A stretch of 61,869 nt of DNA, counting the filler, from Rhabdomonas costata (Eukaryota), in assembly GCA_019059605.1 (NCBI GenBank). It is 17 parts of 17 records of this genome, joined end to end, with 100 filler letters (N's around TTAATTAATTAA, not from the genome) between each part and the next. Parts side by side here need not be neighbours in the genome. Positions count along the whole stretch, not along the records: positions 21,948 to 25,496 come from JAHMHO010000741.1; positions 25,597 to 29,144 come from JAHMHO010000742.1; positions 29,245 to 32,787 come from JAHMHO010000743.1; positions 32,888 to 36,421 come from JAHMHO010000744.1; positions 36,522 to 40,061 come from JAHMHO010000745.1; 12 more parts are not named here. The stretch is one strand, 5' to 3'. Each line of letters starts with the position of its first letter. Within the stretch, counting starts at the first letter, position 1. Shown piece by piece: positions 24,750-37,317 of this stretch. A program made the translations under genes and the position numbers. The notes beneath the pieces were generated by a model that was not told where the DNA came from, did not search any database, and worked only from the letters and a program-made list of their open reading frames with translations.

Positions 24750-26155
24750 CTTATAAAGTGCACACCAAAGGAGGGCAAAACACTCCACCCTGCCGCTGAA
24801 AAGATGATGAACCAAGCTCAGGAAGGAGGAAATGAGTTCATGGATTCCACAGTTCAGGAAGTTGAAATTGCGGAAAAGGAAAAAACTCTTCGATTAATGC
24901 AAAAGACAAAAGAAAAAAGGCTACAAATACGCCTCTCAGGTTCACAGCAGAATCAAGTACTTACCACTGTAACTACATACAGACATAACGTTACCCGAGT
25001 GAGAACCAGGTGTGGGTAAAAACACTGGACGGATGACACTGCAAACGGACCTGTCGCAGCTGGTTCAAGGTGCCAACCATCTCCTGAGAAAAACAACCCA
25101 GATTCGAACCTTCGATACGAAGTGGAGAGAGAAGGAAAGAATAAACAGAAAACAAAGTCCCAAAGACAAGACAAACAATGAATGATAAACTGCAATGACA
25201 CTGGGTAAGAAATGCACCACATGCACCACACCCCTACAAGGATTTCTCGACCCAGTGTTGGGCATAGATTGGGGGAAGACACTGAGTACCTGCACCTATT
25301 TTTGTACTTTTGTAGCCTGGGACATGTCTGACGGCCTGTTGTCCTGGTGAGCCGGCACTAACGTCTGACAACAGTGCTACAGAACCCTCAGTGCGAGCAC
25401 TGAGGCTGCGCGCGCCGTCTCTACGCGGGTTCGTTCTGGGTGCTCCTCCCTCGGGTGCACAAAGGAACACCGTTGGAACTTGCATGCCACACCAACNNNN
25501 NNNNNNNNNNNNNNNNNNNNNNNNNNNNNNNNNNNNNNNNTTAATTAATTAANNNNNNNNNNNNNNNNNNNNNNNNNNNNNNNNNNNNNNNNNNNNGGGG
25601 GGAGTGGGGAGGGAAGGAAAATTTGGCTTCTGTGGTGATACACTTCTCCGCTTGACCAACGAGGCACAGTTTTGAAATGCAGACACTTGACCAGATTTCC
25701 GATTTTTAATGTCAAAAGGCATTTGCTCGCATGTGCCCGGTGCGGACACTTTGGCAGGAGCCGTTTTTCATTTGAACCCATACCAAGATTAGGCTCCAAA
25801 ATTGCTGGGGTGTTTCCGTTGGAATATTTCCTCCGTTTCTTTTGAATTTCAGTATTTGTCATTTGCTTCTGTGCGCGCGTGGGCGGACGCCTTTTCTCCC
25901 TTACTTCTCCTCCTTTTCCATCGCTGACATCTTTCATCGATGGAAGAGCCTGCGGCAGCGCATCACCGCCCGTCGGGGAGTGGGTGCAAGCAGCCCCCGG
26001 TGCGTTTCCCTGCTTTTTCCCACGATTTCATTTCTTTTTCATAGTTTGGCGAGTTCATCCGCCAGTTCTTCTGGGGATGTTCGCCCGCAAAACTACTCGG
26101 GTGTTTTTGCATGATATGATTTTTTTCGGCATAGGTTCGTTATTGGACCTACCTT

Positions 26156-26577
26156 GGAAACAGTCAACACGGGAAGTGTCCATCACGTACAAGGTTCAGT
26201 AATGTCAAGAAAGGGTCAGAGCCAGTACGCAGGTTATATCTCCACTGGAATTCCTTCAGATTCTCCCAGAGCAAGTGGTTCAAAGCCCCGCCACGAGCAT
26301 TCAGCCAGGTCTTTAGACGGCCCCAACAGCCGTCTATAGTGTTGGTGTGGACCCTGAGCCTGGTGCCCTTGATCACTGCATCCTTAGCATACTGACCTTT
26401 CCCATGATCCACATAGCCATGAATGAAACCGCATTTGGAGGACACCGTTGCATACGTCCTGGCCCCATCCGTGAAGAGAATTGAGCCTTTAGCAATTCTC
26501 GCAGCACATAGGTCAGCGACATCATTAATGCTTGGAGGACCGAAGCGGCGCTCGATGAAAAGAGCGGGAAACACTCC
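26156..26577 (-). mobile_element. Merlin (IS1595/ISXO2-like) DNA transposon, 5'-truncated; transposase ORF 26574-26164
   Basis: Motifs IAKGSILFTDGARTY, H..VDH, VHTNTIDGCWGRLK and L.EFQWRYN. The stop codon lies inside a putative terminal inverted repeat starting GGAAACAGTCAACAC at 26156, which fits the GGNRM start of Merlin TIRs. Confidence 0.88.
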
Positions 26578-27433
26578 CTAATACGATATAAGTTGCCTGG
26601 GGGGCGGTGCCCACCCCCAGACCCCCCCGCAGACGCATGGCGTCCTAACCCCTGCGAGAAAAATACTTTCTTCCCAAGGAAGGTCCAATACCGAACCTAA
26701 GCCTTTTATTCATACCCACTTAGTTCTACCTACAGTGATTTTTCGAGCACCCAGGCTGCCTTCGACTTTGGGGGTTGTCTATTGTGCGCACGAAGACAAT
26801 GTGAATGGGTTGTTTTGTTTTGCTTTTTAAAAATGTTGAATGGTGTTTCAGGAAAGCGGCGGCCCGACACTAGCTTCTCCGACACCGAATTCCCCCACCT
26901 ACGCAGCGTATGACGACTGCGAGGTGTGTGGTTGACTACAGGATTCACCTCTCTCTTAAGTGTCGTGCCTGCTCTCGAATCTTTGCGTTTCTGTCTCAGG
27001 TGGTCTCTTTGTACGAGTTGAAGCGGTAGTCTTTTGGTGTCATAGTACTGAATTGACACGTTGGATCTGGATCATTCCTATTCTGCAGTACATGTTAAGG
27101 GAATTTTGATGATAATGATTTAATTCCAAAAGCAACTGTGCTGCTGGAAATTTCGGGACTCAAAATACAGACTTTAGCAAAAAAAAAACCTTTGCCGCGG
27201 AAAAGGCACACAGTCAGTGTCAGAGCATAGCTTGACAGTCGAAAGCATCGTCCTTGAGCTTGTCGGGCTTAAGAGCTGTTGTAGTCTCTCCCCGCACACG
27301 TGGTCGATACCGAGAGGGCCATTCGTACTTGTTGAAACACTTGAAAGATGGGGAACAATTTGAAAACTGTCACTGTGCTGAGATAATGTCTGATCCCCGC
27401 TTCCCTGCTCCCCAGGTTTTCCCGATCAGTTTG

Positions 27434-29120
27434 ATGAAGACCCGGCAGTGGCATGGCCCGATGACGGTAATGGTGAGCACCTACCTCATCGTGCAGTGGT
27501 TGGGCCACATCATGTTGCGGCACTCGGGCAACATCCAGGAGAGCTTCATCCACCTGCTTAGGTGTTTGTGCTGTGGATTTGCCGACGACACCGCCAAAGC
27601 TTTCTTGATTGCTAATGGATTTTTCCCCCTCGTCCTTGTTCGCTGTGGGAACCGGAACAAAGGCTTGCGGGGTGCGCCATCCCGATGGCACTATTGGCAC
27701 TCCGCTGTGCGGGCATGCCTGTCTTGATCTCATTGTGCAAAAGAAACCGTTATGTAACCGTACGCCGATCTTGACACCACATTTCAGCTCCACTGTTCAG
27801 CGGTGGCTGCGCTCCTGTTGCATATGAGTGACATTCAGGTCTCCTAAGTTCTTTTTTCCTTAGTGCTGTGGCCTTTTCGAGTAATTTGGCTGTCAGTTGT
27901 CTGTTTTTTTGTTTCCGGCATTTTGTGCACTTTTCGGGCTCAGCCTTTCTCCGCTGGCAGTGCTGCAGGAGATGTTTGTCGGACTGCAGGACTTGCAGGC
28001 TCTGGGCTTTGTTGTAGGCTTCCTTCTCTTCGAAGGGTTTCTTCTGATCGCCGTGCCAGGAGGCAATTTCGACGGTCCACGAACTGCCAATGGGTTTGCT
28101 TTTTTATTTGCTCACTCCCCAAAATTGTGGTCGTCCTTTGCGTTGGCCAGTTCTATCCATCGATAACTACAAAAATAACACAAATTACACCCCGTCCTGT
28201 GCCCAAAACAGCAAACAGCACTAAAAGGAAAACACAGCATAAGGTGGGAAAATCCTGCAGAAGCTGCAAGAGACACGTAAGATGGGTTTTGGGGTCGAGA
28301 TTCCAAGCAGAGGCTGTGGAGGAAGAACGATGTAGCGGAACCGTAAGCAGTATTCACAGAGTGTTCGGAAAAACTTGGGGACTCCGAGGACATGAGATTA
28401 AGAGAAGCTCCTTGGGGTGCGGCACAGACGAACGGCGACAAAACTATGACAGGTTCGCGTGCATCAGGATTGACGATCGAAACTGTTCTTCTTCAAGGGA
28501 TAGGTTAACTTATTTTCTACCTTCCGGGTCATTGGGCGATTTGTCGTTGTTGCTCCTGTCTTCCGAAGGCGAAGTACTGAAAGCCACTCCACTACGATAC
28601 AAGACACTCAGCTCTGTTCGCGACATTCCTGAGATCAGGAGCCCCATCCGACCCGGACAAGTGACGCTTTCGCGCTTTCTGGGAACAGAAAGTGGTTACC
28701 TCTTCCTCTGACCTTTGCATCCCCTCCCCATATGCATCCTCCAACCCGAGTGGTCATGTCTTCGCGCTTTCTGGGAACAGATATGTTCCGGTGTACCGAA
28801 CCAACGGCCTGGCTTGCCACCTCCTCACCCTGGCCACCTGGGCCGTTCTGGCGGTCATGGGAGCCCTCCCCGCGGCCTTCCTTGCGGAGCACGTGCAGGG
28901 CGTGCTGACGTGGTGCAACCAGGTCGGGATGGTGGTGTGTGGGCTGCTGTACGTGAAGGGCAAGGTGTGCCCCACGGGTCCGGACAGCGGGCCGAGCGGG
29001 GAGAGCCCGGTGTTCGACTTCTACTGGGGCCTGGAGCTGCACCCCCGTGTGCTTGGGGTGGAGGTGAAGCAGTGGACGAACTGCCGGTTTGGGCTGATGC
29101 TGTGGTCCGTGGCCTGCCTT
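27434..29120 (+). CDS. DHCR7: Sterol delta-7 reductase (7-dehydrocholesterol reductase, DWF5-like; ERG4/ERG24 family), 3'-partial
   Basis: Exons 27434-27561, 27944-28093 and 28781-~29120 give PGGNFDGPRTANGYVPVYRTNGL..LLYVKGKVCP..DSG..FDFYWGLELHPRV..VKQWTNCRFGLMLW. Confidence 0.9.
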
Positions 29121-29244
29121 TCACGTACAGCAGCCCACCCACCCNNNNNNNNNNNNNNNNNNNNNNNNNNNNNNNNNNNNNNNNNNNNTTAATTAATTAA
29201 NNNNNNNNNNNNNNNNNNNNNNNNNNNNNNNNNNNNNNNNNNNN

Positions 29245-29558
29245 GGTTGGCGATGAGAGGAAACTTTTGTCCCACATCTCGCTCTCCCAGCGCTCCTCCT
29301 CGGCAACAGACCAGGTGTCCACATGGGTGGACCGTGGCGGTCAGCCGCATCACACTCCCCCACAAAGAGCGATCCCTGATCAACGCAAGGGGCTCCAGTG
29401 GAAGGAGGGCGGCTGGACCGGAGTCTCAGTCCCAACCTCCAATTCCTAATGATGCTGGTGTGCTCACCCGGCGCTCGATGGATGAACCGGACTAAACCAA
29501 CTCAAAACGGGGAATGAAGGGGAAAAAAGGGGGGCCAAACCACAGGCAAAGGCAAGAA
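29245..29558 (+). repeat. About 314-bp imperfect direct repeat, copy 1
   Basis: Matches 32454-32767 with about 9 substitutions counted by eye. Confidence 0.92.
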
Positions 29559-32453
29559 CCGCGGGAAAGTCGACAAACAAGAGCAAAGGCGCACTGGGGA
29601 TCACCTTAATCCTTGCAAGCCTTTATTACCAAAGGGCGTCTCTCATCTTATATCTGGCGTTGCAATTTTTCTCCTCTCCCCTCTGAATGTTGGCTGCTAT
29701 CCTTTCTCCTGTGCCTCTGGCTTGCCCGGTCTTCCTGCTTTTTCTTCTTTTCCATCCTCCTTCCCAACATCTCGCGCGCGGGGGTATCGCAATTCTATCT
29801 GTCCGGTGCGGTCTTCTCTAACCTCCACCTTCCTGTCTCTTTCTCTCTCGCGGCGCTTTTCTGCCAGTAATGGGGTCATATGCTCGGACTGAGATGTTCC
29901 CAACTTCCCAGGGTGAGGTGTTGAATCCCTTGCATCATTTACTAAAAAAACTACAACGAAAACGAATGAGTGATGCGCGCGGGGAGTTGTGGTGTTTCAC
30001 ATCTTCCTACTTTGCGAGCGTTTGCAGTTGTATGTCTGGTGGTGCACCATCTTTCCGTGAACCTCGTTGTGTTTGACTTCTCCGTGCCCACTTCAACAAA
30101 CCTGTAACCATGCTTGGCAATTTATGCGCGTAGCATACTACTTTGCATAACACGCAGGGCGAAAATCACGCAAATGCTTGGAGAAGCGACCCCGCCCGAC
30201 TCTATACCAGTGGGTGGTAGGAATGATACATCACAGCGAAACCATAATTGCAGCGTTAGACATCTAGCAACAACTGGTTCTATTCCTGGATAACGGTGAA
30301 AAGTTTTACACAGCGCAGCGCAGTTTCACGACTTGGAAGCAAGCGGGCGAAGAGCCTCGAAGAGCGCGTCCTGAAGGTCAGGACGGCGGACGCCCATCCG
30401 GAAGAAGGTACTCATCTCATACCTATGATAAAATGGGTTCAAACAATCGGTGAGCTTATCTAACTGCACGTGGCAGACGTGTGGGTGGGTAAATGATAGA
30501 TTTTGGTATTCCGGCCATTGAAATGGTCCAGGTGAAATGGTGCAGAATGGAAACTGTAGCCAAATTCATCTAATGGAGGGCCTACAATGTAGAGCCTACA
30601 ATGTCCAAGGGGATGGATGGGAAGTTTTCCAGAGGTCAGAGGGGCTCAGCCTCCGATTCCACTCCACTACTTGTCTCATTTTCATCCGCATGGAGCTCAA
30701 ACCACCCAAGAGATGACACGGAGGGCAACGCGCTGTGAAAGAAGCCGAGAATGCAACCGCAAGGAAATTTGTTTGGGATTTAGAAAGCGGTTGGCCGTGG
30801 TGTTCAAAGTCAGACGCAGGCAGACGTTCACCGCGTTATTTTTACTTCGCAAAGCACACAAAAACTAGCAAAAAATGAGATGAGGAGGCTGATGGGTTTT
30901 GAACAGGTCACATTGAACTTTGAACTCTGAATTTCGGTATCCCTTGAATTTTTGACGTTTTTTTTTGCGATGGTCATGACAATGAGCTTTGAATTCAACT
31001 TAGCACATTGAACTTTGAACTGTTGACACTGAAAATTGATCTCCCCACATTAAACTTTGAGGTTGGTGGTGTCCTCATGGGTGGGTTCTGAAAACAAAAC
31101 ATTCGCAAATTGTTACACGAGGAATCGCCGGTGGTCATTCAAGGGGGGGGGGATATGCGCTTCTTCATTAGGAAAACCAGTGAAGTCCCTCCAGCCCCAC
31201 TGCTACACTTCGTCAGGCTTTGACGCATTTCGTACAATGAGGCTTATGCCACAATGATTTTGGATATTGAAAATGAAAATATTAATGAAAAGTTTCATTC
31301 TTCCCACCCCCTTTTCCCGAAATTTGCAACTTCGCGTTCGGTTACATCGTTTTTCCTTTTACCTTTTTCTTACTTTCCCAGAGGTCCCCAGAGGTCACAC
31401 ATGGCAGTACAGGAAATCAACCAAAGAGAACAAACCAGTGTCCACCCACAGCGAGGGAACCCAAGGTTCTCCGTAAACCTTCCAGCCCATGGTCTCCTCC
31501 AAAAACTTCTTGGAGCGCTCTCTCCTGGGTAGGGGACAGATTCCTTCTGGCCAGTTTAACATGCAAGAAATCACTGTTCTGGACTCCGATTTTGCGGGAG
31601 CAAATCCGAGGAGTTCTGATTAAAATTCCCGATTCCATTCATTGCTACTCTCCAGGGCATTGGCCATGGAGAGGGATTGGGATCGGAGCAGAGTCAGAAT
31701 GTACTCAAGAGACATGGTCATGGATATGATTCGATGAAACGACGGAGTGGAACGGAGCGGCTAGACCGACGGGCAACTGTGCCAACTGTGCTCTTATTCA
31801 AGTATGTTTTGCAATGGACCTATGCAAAAGCGAACCAGGGAACAACAAACCAACCGCCTCGTGCGCCGGGGTATGTTTAACTCGGCGGGCGAGTTATTGC
31901 CCTCGACTCTTGTACGTTGAATGTCGGTTTGTCAGCGCTTGGTACTATTCTGTTTCGTCCTGCGCGTGCTTGCCGCACTCAAAAAACTCGAACAACTGAA
32001 GAGGAAGTACAAAAGGCAAAAACAGCACCGGATTCCAAAATGCGGGCCGAGGCGGTATTTTTATCCTCGGCTACCCGTTGTTGCGGTCGGGCCGACTGGG
32101 AACCGGTACTTCCGAACCAGGTCGGCTTTGCCTGGGCGTAGGATCGATACCTCAACCAATCGGTTGCCGGCTTTGGTTCGAGTTTCGGTGCCTCTTCCTG
32201 GCACTTCTGTTGGGATCAGCGGCAGTACGGAATTAAGAACAACACAATCTCATATTTGCGTTCCGTCCAACGAAGCTTTGGCATGCAAAATTGAGGCAGC
32301 TATTGAGGCAAAGGATTTTACTCCCAATCCTCAGCTCTCGTTTCCGGCCCTCTCAATCCACCCGTGCCGATCTTTCAAGCATTCGGTCCGAAGAGGGAAT
32401 TCTTCCGTCTCTCTCGGTTCCTCGCTCTCTCTCCGATTCTGCCCGGTGGATCG

Positions 32454-32767
32454 GGTTGGCGATGAGAGGAAACTTTTGTCCCACATCTCGCTCTCCCAGC
32501 GCTCCTCCTCGGCAACAGACCAGGTGTCCACATGGGTGGACCGTGGCGGTCAGCCGCATCACAAACCCCCACAAAGAGCGATCCCTGATCAACGCAAGGG
32601 GCTCCAGTGGAAGGAGGGCGGCTGGACCAGAGTCTCGGTCACAAACTCCAATTCCTAATGATGCTGGTGTGCTCACCCGGCGCTCGATGGATGAACCGGA
32701 CTAAACCAACTCAAAACGCGGAATGAGGGGGAAAAAAGGGGGGCCAAACCACAGGCAAAGTCAAGAA
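32454..32767 (+). repeat. About 314-bp imperfect direct repeat, copy 2
   Basis: Offset 3,209 bp from copy 1. The minus strand carries a decayed RING-like stretch (TVHPCGHLVCCRGGA..PL..NPI). Confidence 0.92.
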
Positions 32768-34772
32768 AAGCCAAATAGACCCAAACCNNNNNNNNNNNNN
32801 NNNNNNNNNNNNNNNNNNNNNNNNNNNNNNNTTAATTAATTAANNNNNNNNNNNNNNNNNNNNNNNNNNNNNNNNNNNNNNNNNNNNCGGGGGAACACCC
32901 GATTTGACTGGGCATGTCGGAATCATCTGGTCACTTGGGAAGCAGGGGGGGAGTGGGGTACATTATGCCCGCTCTGCCTTTTGACGCCTGTTCGTCTGTT
33001 CCGATATCAAGGCGATCTTGACAAGCCCGGCAACGCCAACCACGGAAACGGGGTAGGGAACTTGACTTCGCAATGTCAACCTCGCCACGCTGTGCGGGGG
33101 GTAGCAAGTCCCGTTCATACGTGGAAGGGGTTAATTGCTCCGTCCTCTCTCTTTCTCGAACGCGTGTCCGGCCCAGCGGAATGACTTCAACTCAAACCAA
33201 AAAAAACCACACCCAAACTTTTGGAAGGATGGCACGATTCCCGGTTTAAAGGACGGATCGAGGGAATGTCCCGTAGGCGGGGATTGTACCCAAGAAGCGC
33301 CTCTCTTGGAAGCCCCCTCTCTCTTCGATTCGGCCAGCGCCCGGGGCCTGGGCACGACCACCGGGCCACGGGGAGGGGCCAGTTATAGGCTACAACAGCG
33401 GGGATCGAACACGAGACCCGGGGCGCAGCAGGACGGTGGGGTACTGGCAAGGAAGGGGTTGCGGAGGGTTTTGGTCGCGGGAAATTTTTTGCCGTGTCTC
33501 CTATGGTTTTGCTCGTTCGCGGGTCCCGGTAGGGCGGAAGCAAAAAGGACGCATTGAAGAACAGAAGGACGTATCAGCAAGGCGCCCAGCGGATGGTAAA
33601 CAAACACAGCACAAACACTACAATACCTAGTGCCGGAAGGGCTTTCTTTGTACGCGGTCCGCCGGGCTGTGGTGTTTGTTTGTGCATCTGTGAGCTGCTG
33701 GGTGTGCCTGTGGCTTCCCCCTGCTGCTCTCCTGTCAGCGCGGTCAAAAACCGCTTTTAGAAAGCGGCTTCCGGCAGAAAAAACCGCACCAAACAAAGCA
33801 TCACGCGATGGTGGGAAGGGGTCGAGGGCACGACCGTAGTGCATCCTAACCGTCGTGGTGTGTGCGTTGCCTGGGGAACGGGACGAATGTTTGTCGAGGA
33901 GTTCTGTTAGGTTGGCTGATCGCGTCAACAAACGCCACAACGCACCAAAATTTGCCGATTACCATCTTTGATATGCTTGGAAATCTGATCTTTTCAAAGA
34001 CGTGCACACACGTCGGTACTCGAAAATCGTTATAGCCAAACAATAGAGTAAAGCACACGCAGCTATTAAAATGCAAGACACAAAATAGAAATAGGAAGTA
34101 TTATGGGCAAAGAGGTAACGTGGCGTTCCACCACAGACCTTGCCAAGAGAAACCAATAAAACACAGGGAAAAAGCAGAAAAACACTCTTAGCTATAGCAG
34201 GGAACTCCGCCACAAGGAGCGGCTGAATCACAGCTGAAGATGCAGATCACAAACTTGGACTTGTAGAAGGCCACCACTGTCCCAAAGGCTGAAAGGCGGG
34301 AAAACTCAAAAGATCCCCACTCAAAAGCAAAACCAAGGCCACTCTTTCACGGGACACAGCCTTGCCTCAAACGTGTTACTAAAGTGGCAAGCGAAAAAAA
34401 AACTAAAATCCTGCAGTCTAGGGTCCGTTCCGTACTTTTAGCAACGCCAGGAAGAGGTGGAGGGTGCAAAAGCGTGCTGGGTGATGGAGACATACCTGGT
34501 ATTGATGATGAAAAGCTTCTCCATGTTCAAGCTATAAAAAATGCGGACGTGGAAGTTAAAAGAGAATCACGAAGGAAAAGCATTGTTTTTTGCGACCAAG
34601 GGACACAAAGTTGAAGTGAAGCAGCAGAAAATTACAAATTGAACCACTCTTGAACCATCCAGTGAGAAGCCTCACATGGTCAGGTCTCTTCGCCAAGAAG
34701 ATTTACAAAAGAGCTTTCCTCACCGACTCCTTGCAACCTGAAATGGGTCACAATCAGAAAAAGCGCCCCAAC

Positions 34773-36298
34773 CTGAGCAGCAGTCCTGCTGTGTGCAGGC
34801 GCTGGAGAAGCAGACCGTGCTGGGGTCCTTCGCGGTGAGACCCGAGGGGCAGGAGAAGCTCTCGCTGCCACAGGTCGCGTTCACTGCACAAGCAAAAAAA
34901 AAAGCCCTGCTGGAGAGAAGCGGTGAGGGATGCAATGTGGATCTTGCCATTGAGTTCTCCCATTGACGGCGGATGAGCCACTCCCCCTCCCCCTCACGAC
35001 GTGTTGGCTAAGCTAGAGCCATGGTAAAGAGGCAGTCCTGCGAATTCCTGTTGATCAAAAACAGCATACAGGGAACGCGAAAGACGAAAGTCGGAAAAGC
35101 ACAGGCCCAAGGGCGTACCGCAGGGCACAATCAGCTCGCACGCCGTGCCCGTCCACAGGCACTCCACTTTGGCTTGCCCATTCCCGCACGCATTTGGCGT
35201 GGTGCAGTCACCGCAGTTGTTGCCGCAGCCTTGTCTGCCTCGGTTGTCCGGCGCGGTGCACACTGGAGCTAAAGCAAACGTACGTCCACACATCGCACGA
35301 CCATGGTCCCACCTGTGTCCTCTTTGCGAATGCATTGCGAGCTCATGTGCATCTCCACAGAGCAAAGTTCTTGCAATCGCATCGCAGCGCAGCCCACAGC
35401 CCATCACGGAAGCCTTGACCTTCCCCAGACCATTAGAAGGAGGGAGACTCTGTTGGCGGAGCAAGTTTCTTGAAAAGGCTACTGGCAACAACACAGCAAG
35501 GGCCACCACGCCGCCACAGGATACCACGCCGCTGCTAAAGAAAGCATATGCCCAAAACAAGCGTTCCGTGACTCGGGACATCTTTTGGGAAGGAAACGCA
35601 ACATTGGGCGGGAGGTTTTGCAGCCGCCTCTGCGTAAGGAAGGCTTCGTGCAACAATACTAAACGCTTGGGAAGATGCGCAAAACTCCGCCGGGAAGTAT
35701 TACGAAAACGAAGGTGACAAGAGGTCATTAAAAAGAGGTCCGCAAACGGCACCCTCCCTCGGTCCTACTCTCTCCGTCAGGGCTTGCGCGCGATTGCATG
35801 AGAGAAGGAACCCCAGATACTGAGAACGTACCGCAGGGCACGACCAGCTCACAAATCGTGCCCGTCCACACGCACTCCTGCTTGGCGACTCCATTGCTGC
35901 ACGCCTCCACCGTAGGGCAGGCAGTGCAGTTGTTGCCGCAGCCATGCCCTCCTCGGTTGTCCAGCGTGCTGCACACTGCGCATATCATTGCAGAAGCACA
36001 AGCGCACGCAAAGAGATAATCACTAGCACCAACCCCAGAGACTCTTCTGCGCACGCAGCGCAAACGCAAACGCAAACCCCAGCCAACTAGACTAGATAAA
36101 CGGTGTGTGGGAGTGGGAGGGAGTACACGTACACATACACGTACACCCACCCACCCACAGGCACACCACCCTCGCAGCAGTCCGCAGTGCTGCACGAGGA
36201 GCTGAACGTGCAGACCGTGCTGGGGTCTTTCGGCGTGGAGCCCGAGGGGCAGGAGAAGTTCGTGCTGCCGCAGGTCGCGTCGGGGCCCGGCAGTTGAA
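34773..36298 (-). CDS. Modular cysteine-rich protein(s), one module per exon, order A-B-B-A
   Basis: Phase 1-1 exons: 36298-36170 (129 nt, A), 35975-35832 (144 nt, B: VCSTLDNRGGHGCGNNCTAC..ECVWTGTICELVVPC), 35262-35119 (144 nt, B) and 34883-34773 (111 nt, A). Confidence 0.88.
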
Positions 36299-36550
36299 CT
36301 GGAGGGAAGTTGCAAAATATGCGCCGCCACGCTTCCCAGTTCGAACCGAAAGAACTAAAAAAAAATCGGTCCCTCGTTTCCTGCACAGGTGGCTGGCGTG
36401 GAAGAGGCTAGTTACACTTCCNNNNNNNNNNNNNNNNNNNNNNNNNNNNNNNNNNNNNNNNNNNNTTAATTAATTAANNNNNNNNNNNNNNNNNNNNNNN
36501 NNNNNNNNNNNNNNNNNNNNNGGGTTGTTGTACCTTCCCTTGCCCTTACC

Positions 36551-36711
36551 TTGGACCATCCCCACACGGACTCATACGCAGTGGAGTGGAGCTGCCACCC
36601 GGAGTACCACCACGACGGGGTGTGGTCGAACTTCGTCGGGCCCTACGCCATGTTTCGGCACTGCATTGCTGGGCGGGAGGTCCACCAGTACCAGCTGGAC
36701 CACCTGCAGCA
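36551..36711 (+). CDS. Exon-like fragment of an unknown protein
   Basis: GC3-rich frame DHPHTDSYAVEWSCHPEYHHDGVWSNFVGPYAMFRHCIAG..LQQ ending at a CAG|GT donor. Confidence 0.4.
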
Positions 36712-37317
36712 GGTGCCCCTGACATCCTTAGCTTTGGGGTAAGGGTCCAGGGTCACCAAAAGTTCTGGCACTTCCACAGAGAAAGACAGAAGACAGCGTC
36801 TCTCGGTCTCTCATCTCAGAGATTATAAGCCCAAAGTGGCCACTTTAACTGGAAGATTTGACCACACGGCAGATCTATGGGCCGTCGAGTACTCCGAGTA
36901 CTCGCCCCCCATCCTTGTTCTTGCGTCATTTTTGTCGTTTCTGCAACTTTTGAAACGATGGTACCTACCAAGTCGGATGGCGTGGCACCTTGCTTTGGTG
37001 CTTGGACGTGCATATTTTTTATCAGGCGATGTCACCAGCTATCAGGGTGCAGCGGAAATTGGGTAGAGGGGAGTAACGGTTACCACTGGTAAGGTATCAA
37101 ACGTATCAAAAAGTGTTCTTACTTGCAAACTTGCAAAGGTTAAGTAGCTGTTGAAAGCACTCTCGAAATGACTTAATTTTCCTGTAACGGGTTTAGGTGA
37201 CCTGTGCCAGCGTTCTCTTAATGAGTGCTGCAGCAGAAACTAAGAGCAGCATTGGAGCGGGGGGGCTCTTTCTGGACCATATTCCACCGCTAAGTCTGAT
37301 CTTGAGAAGGGCTCTAC

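Noticed and set aside
31921-32658. 245-aa plus-strand ORF
   Set aside because: No domain or codon signal, and it runs through a repeat; likely spurious.
33385-33460. GTTCGATCCC B-box-like motif on the minus strand as a tRNA or SINE
   Set aside because: No cloverleaf or A-box could be built.
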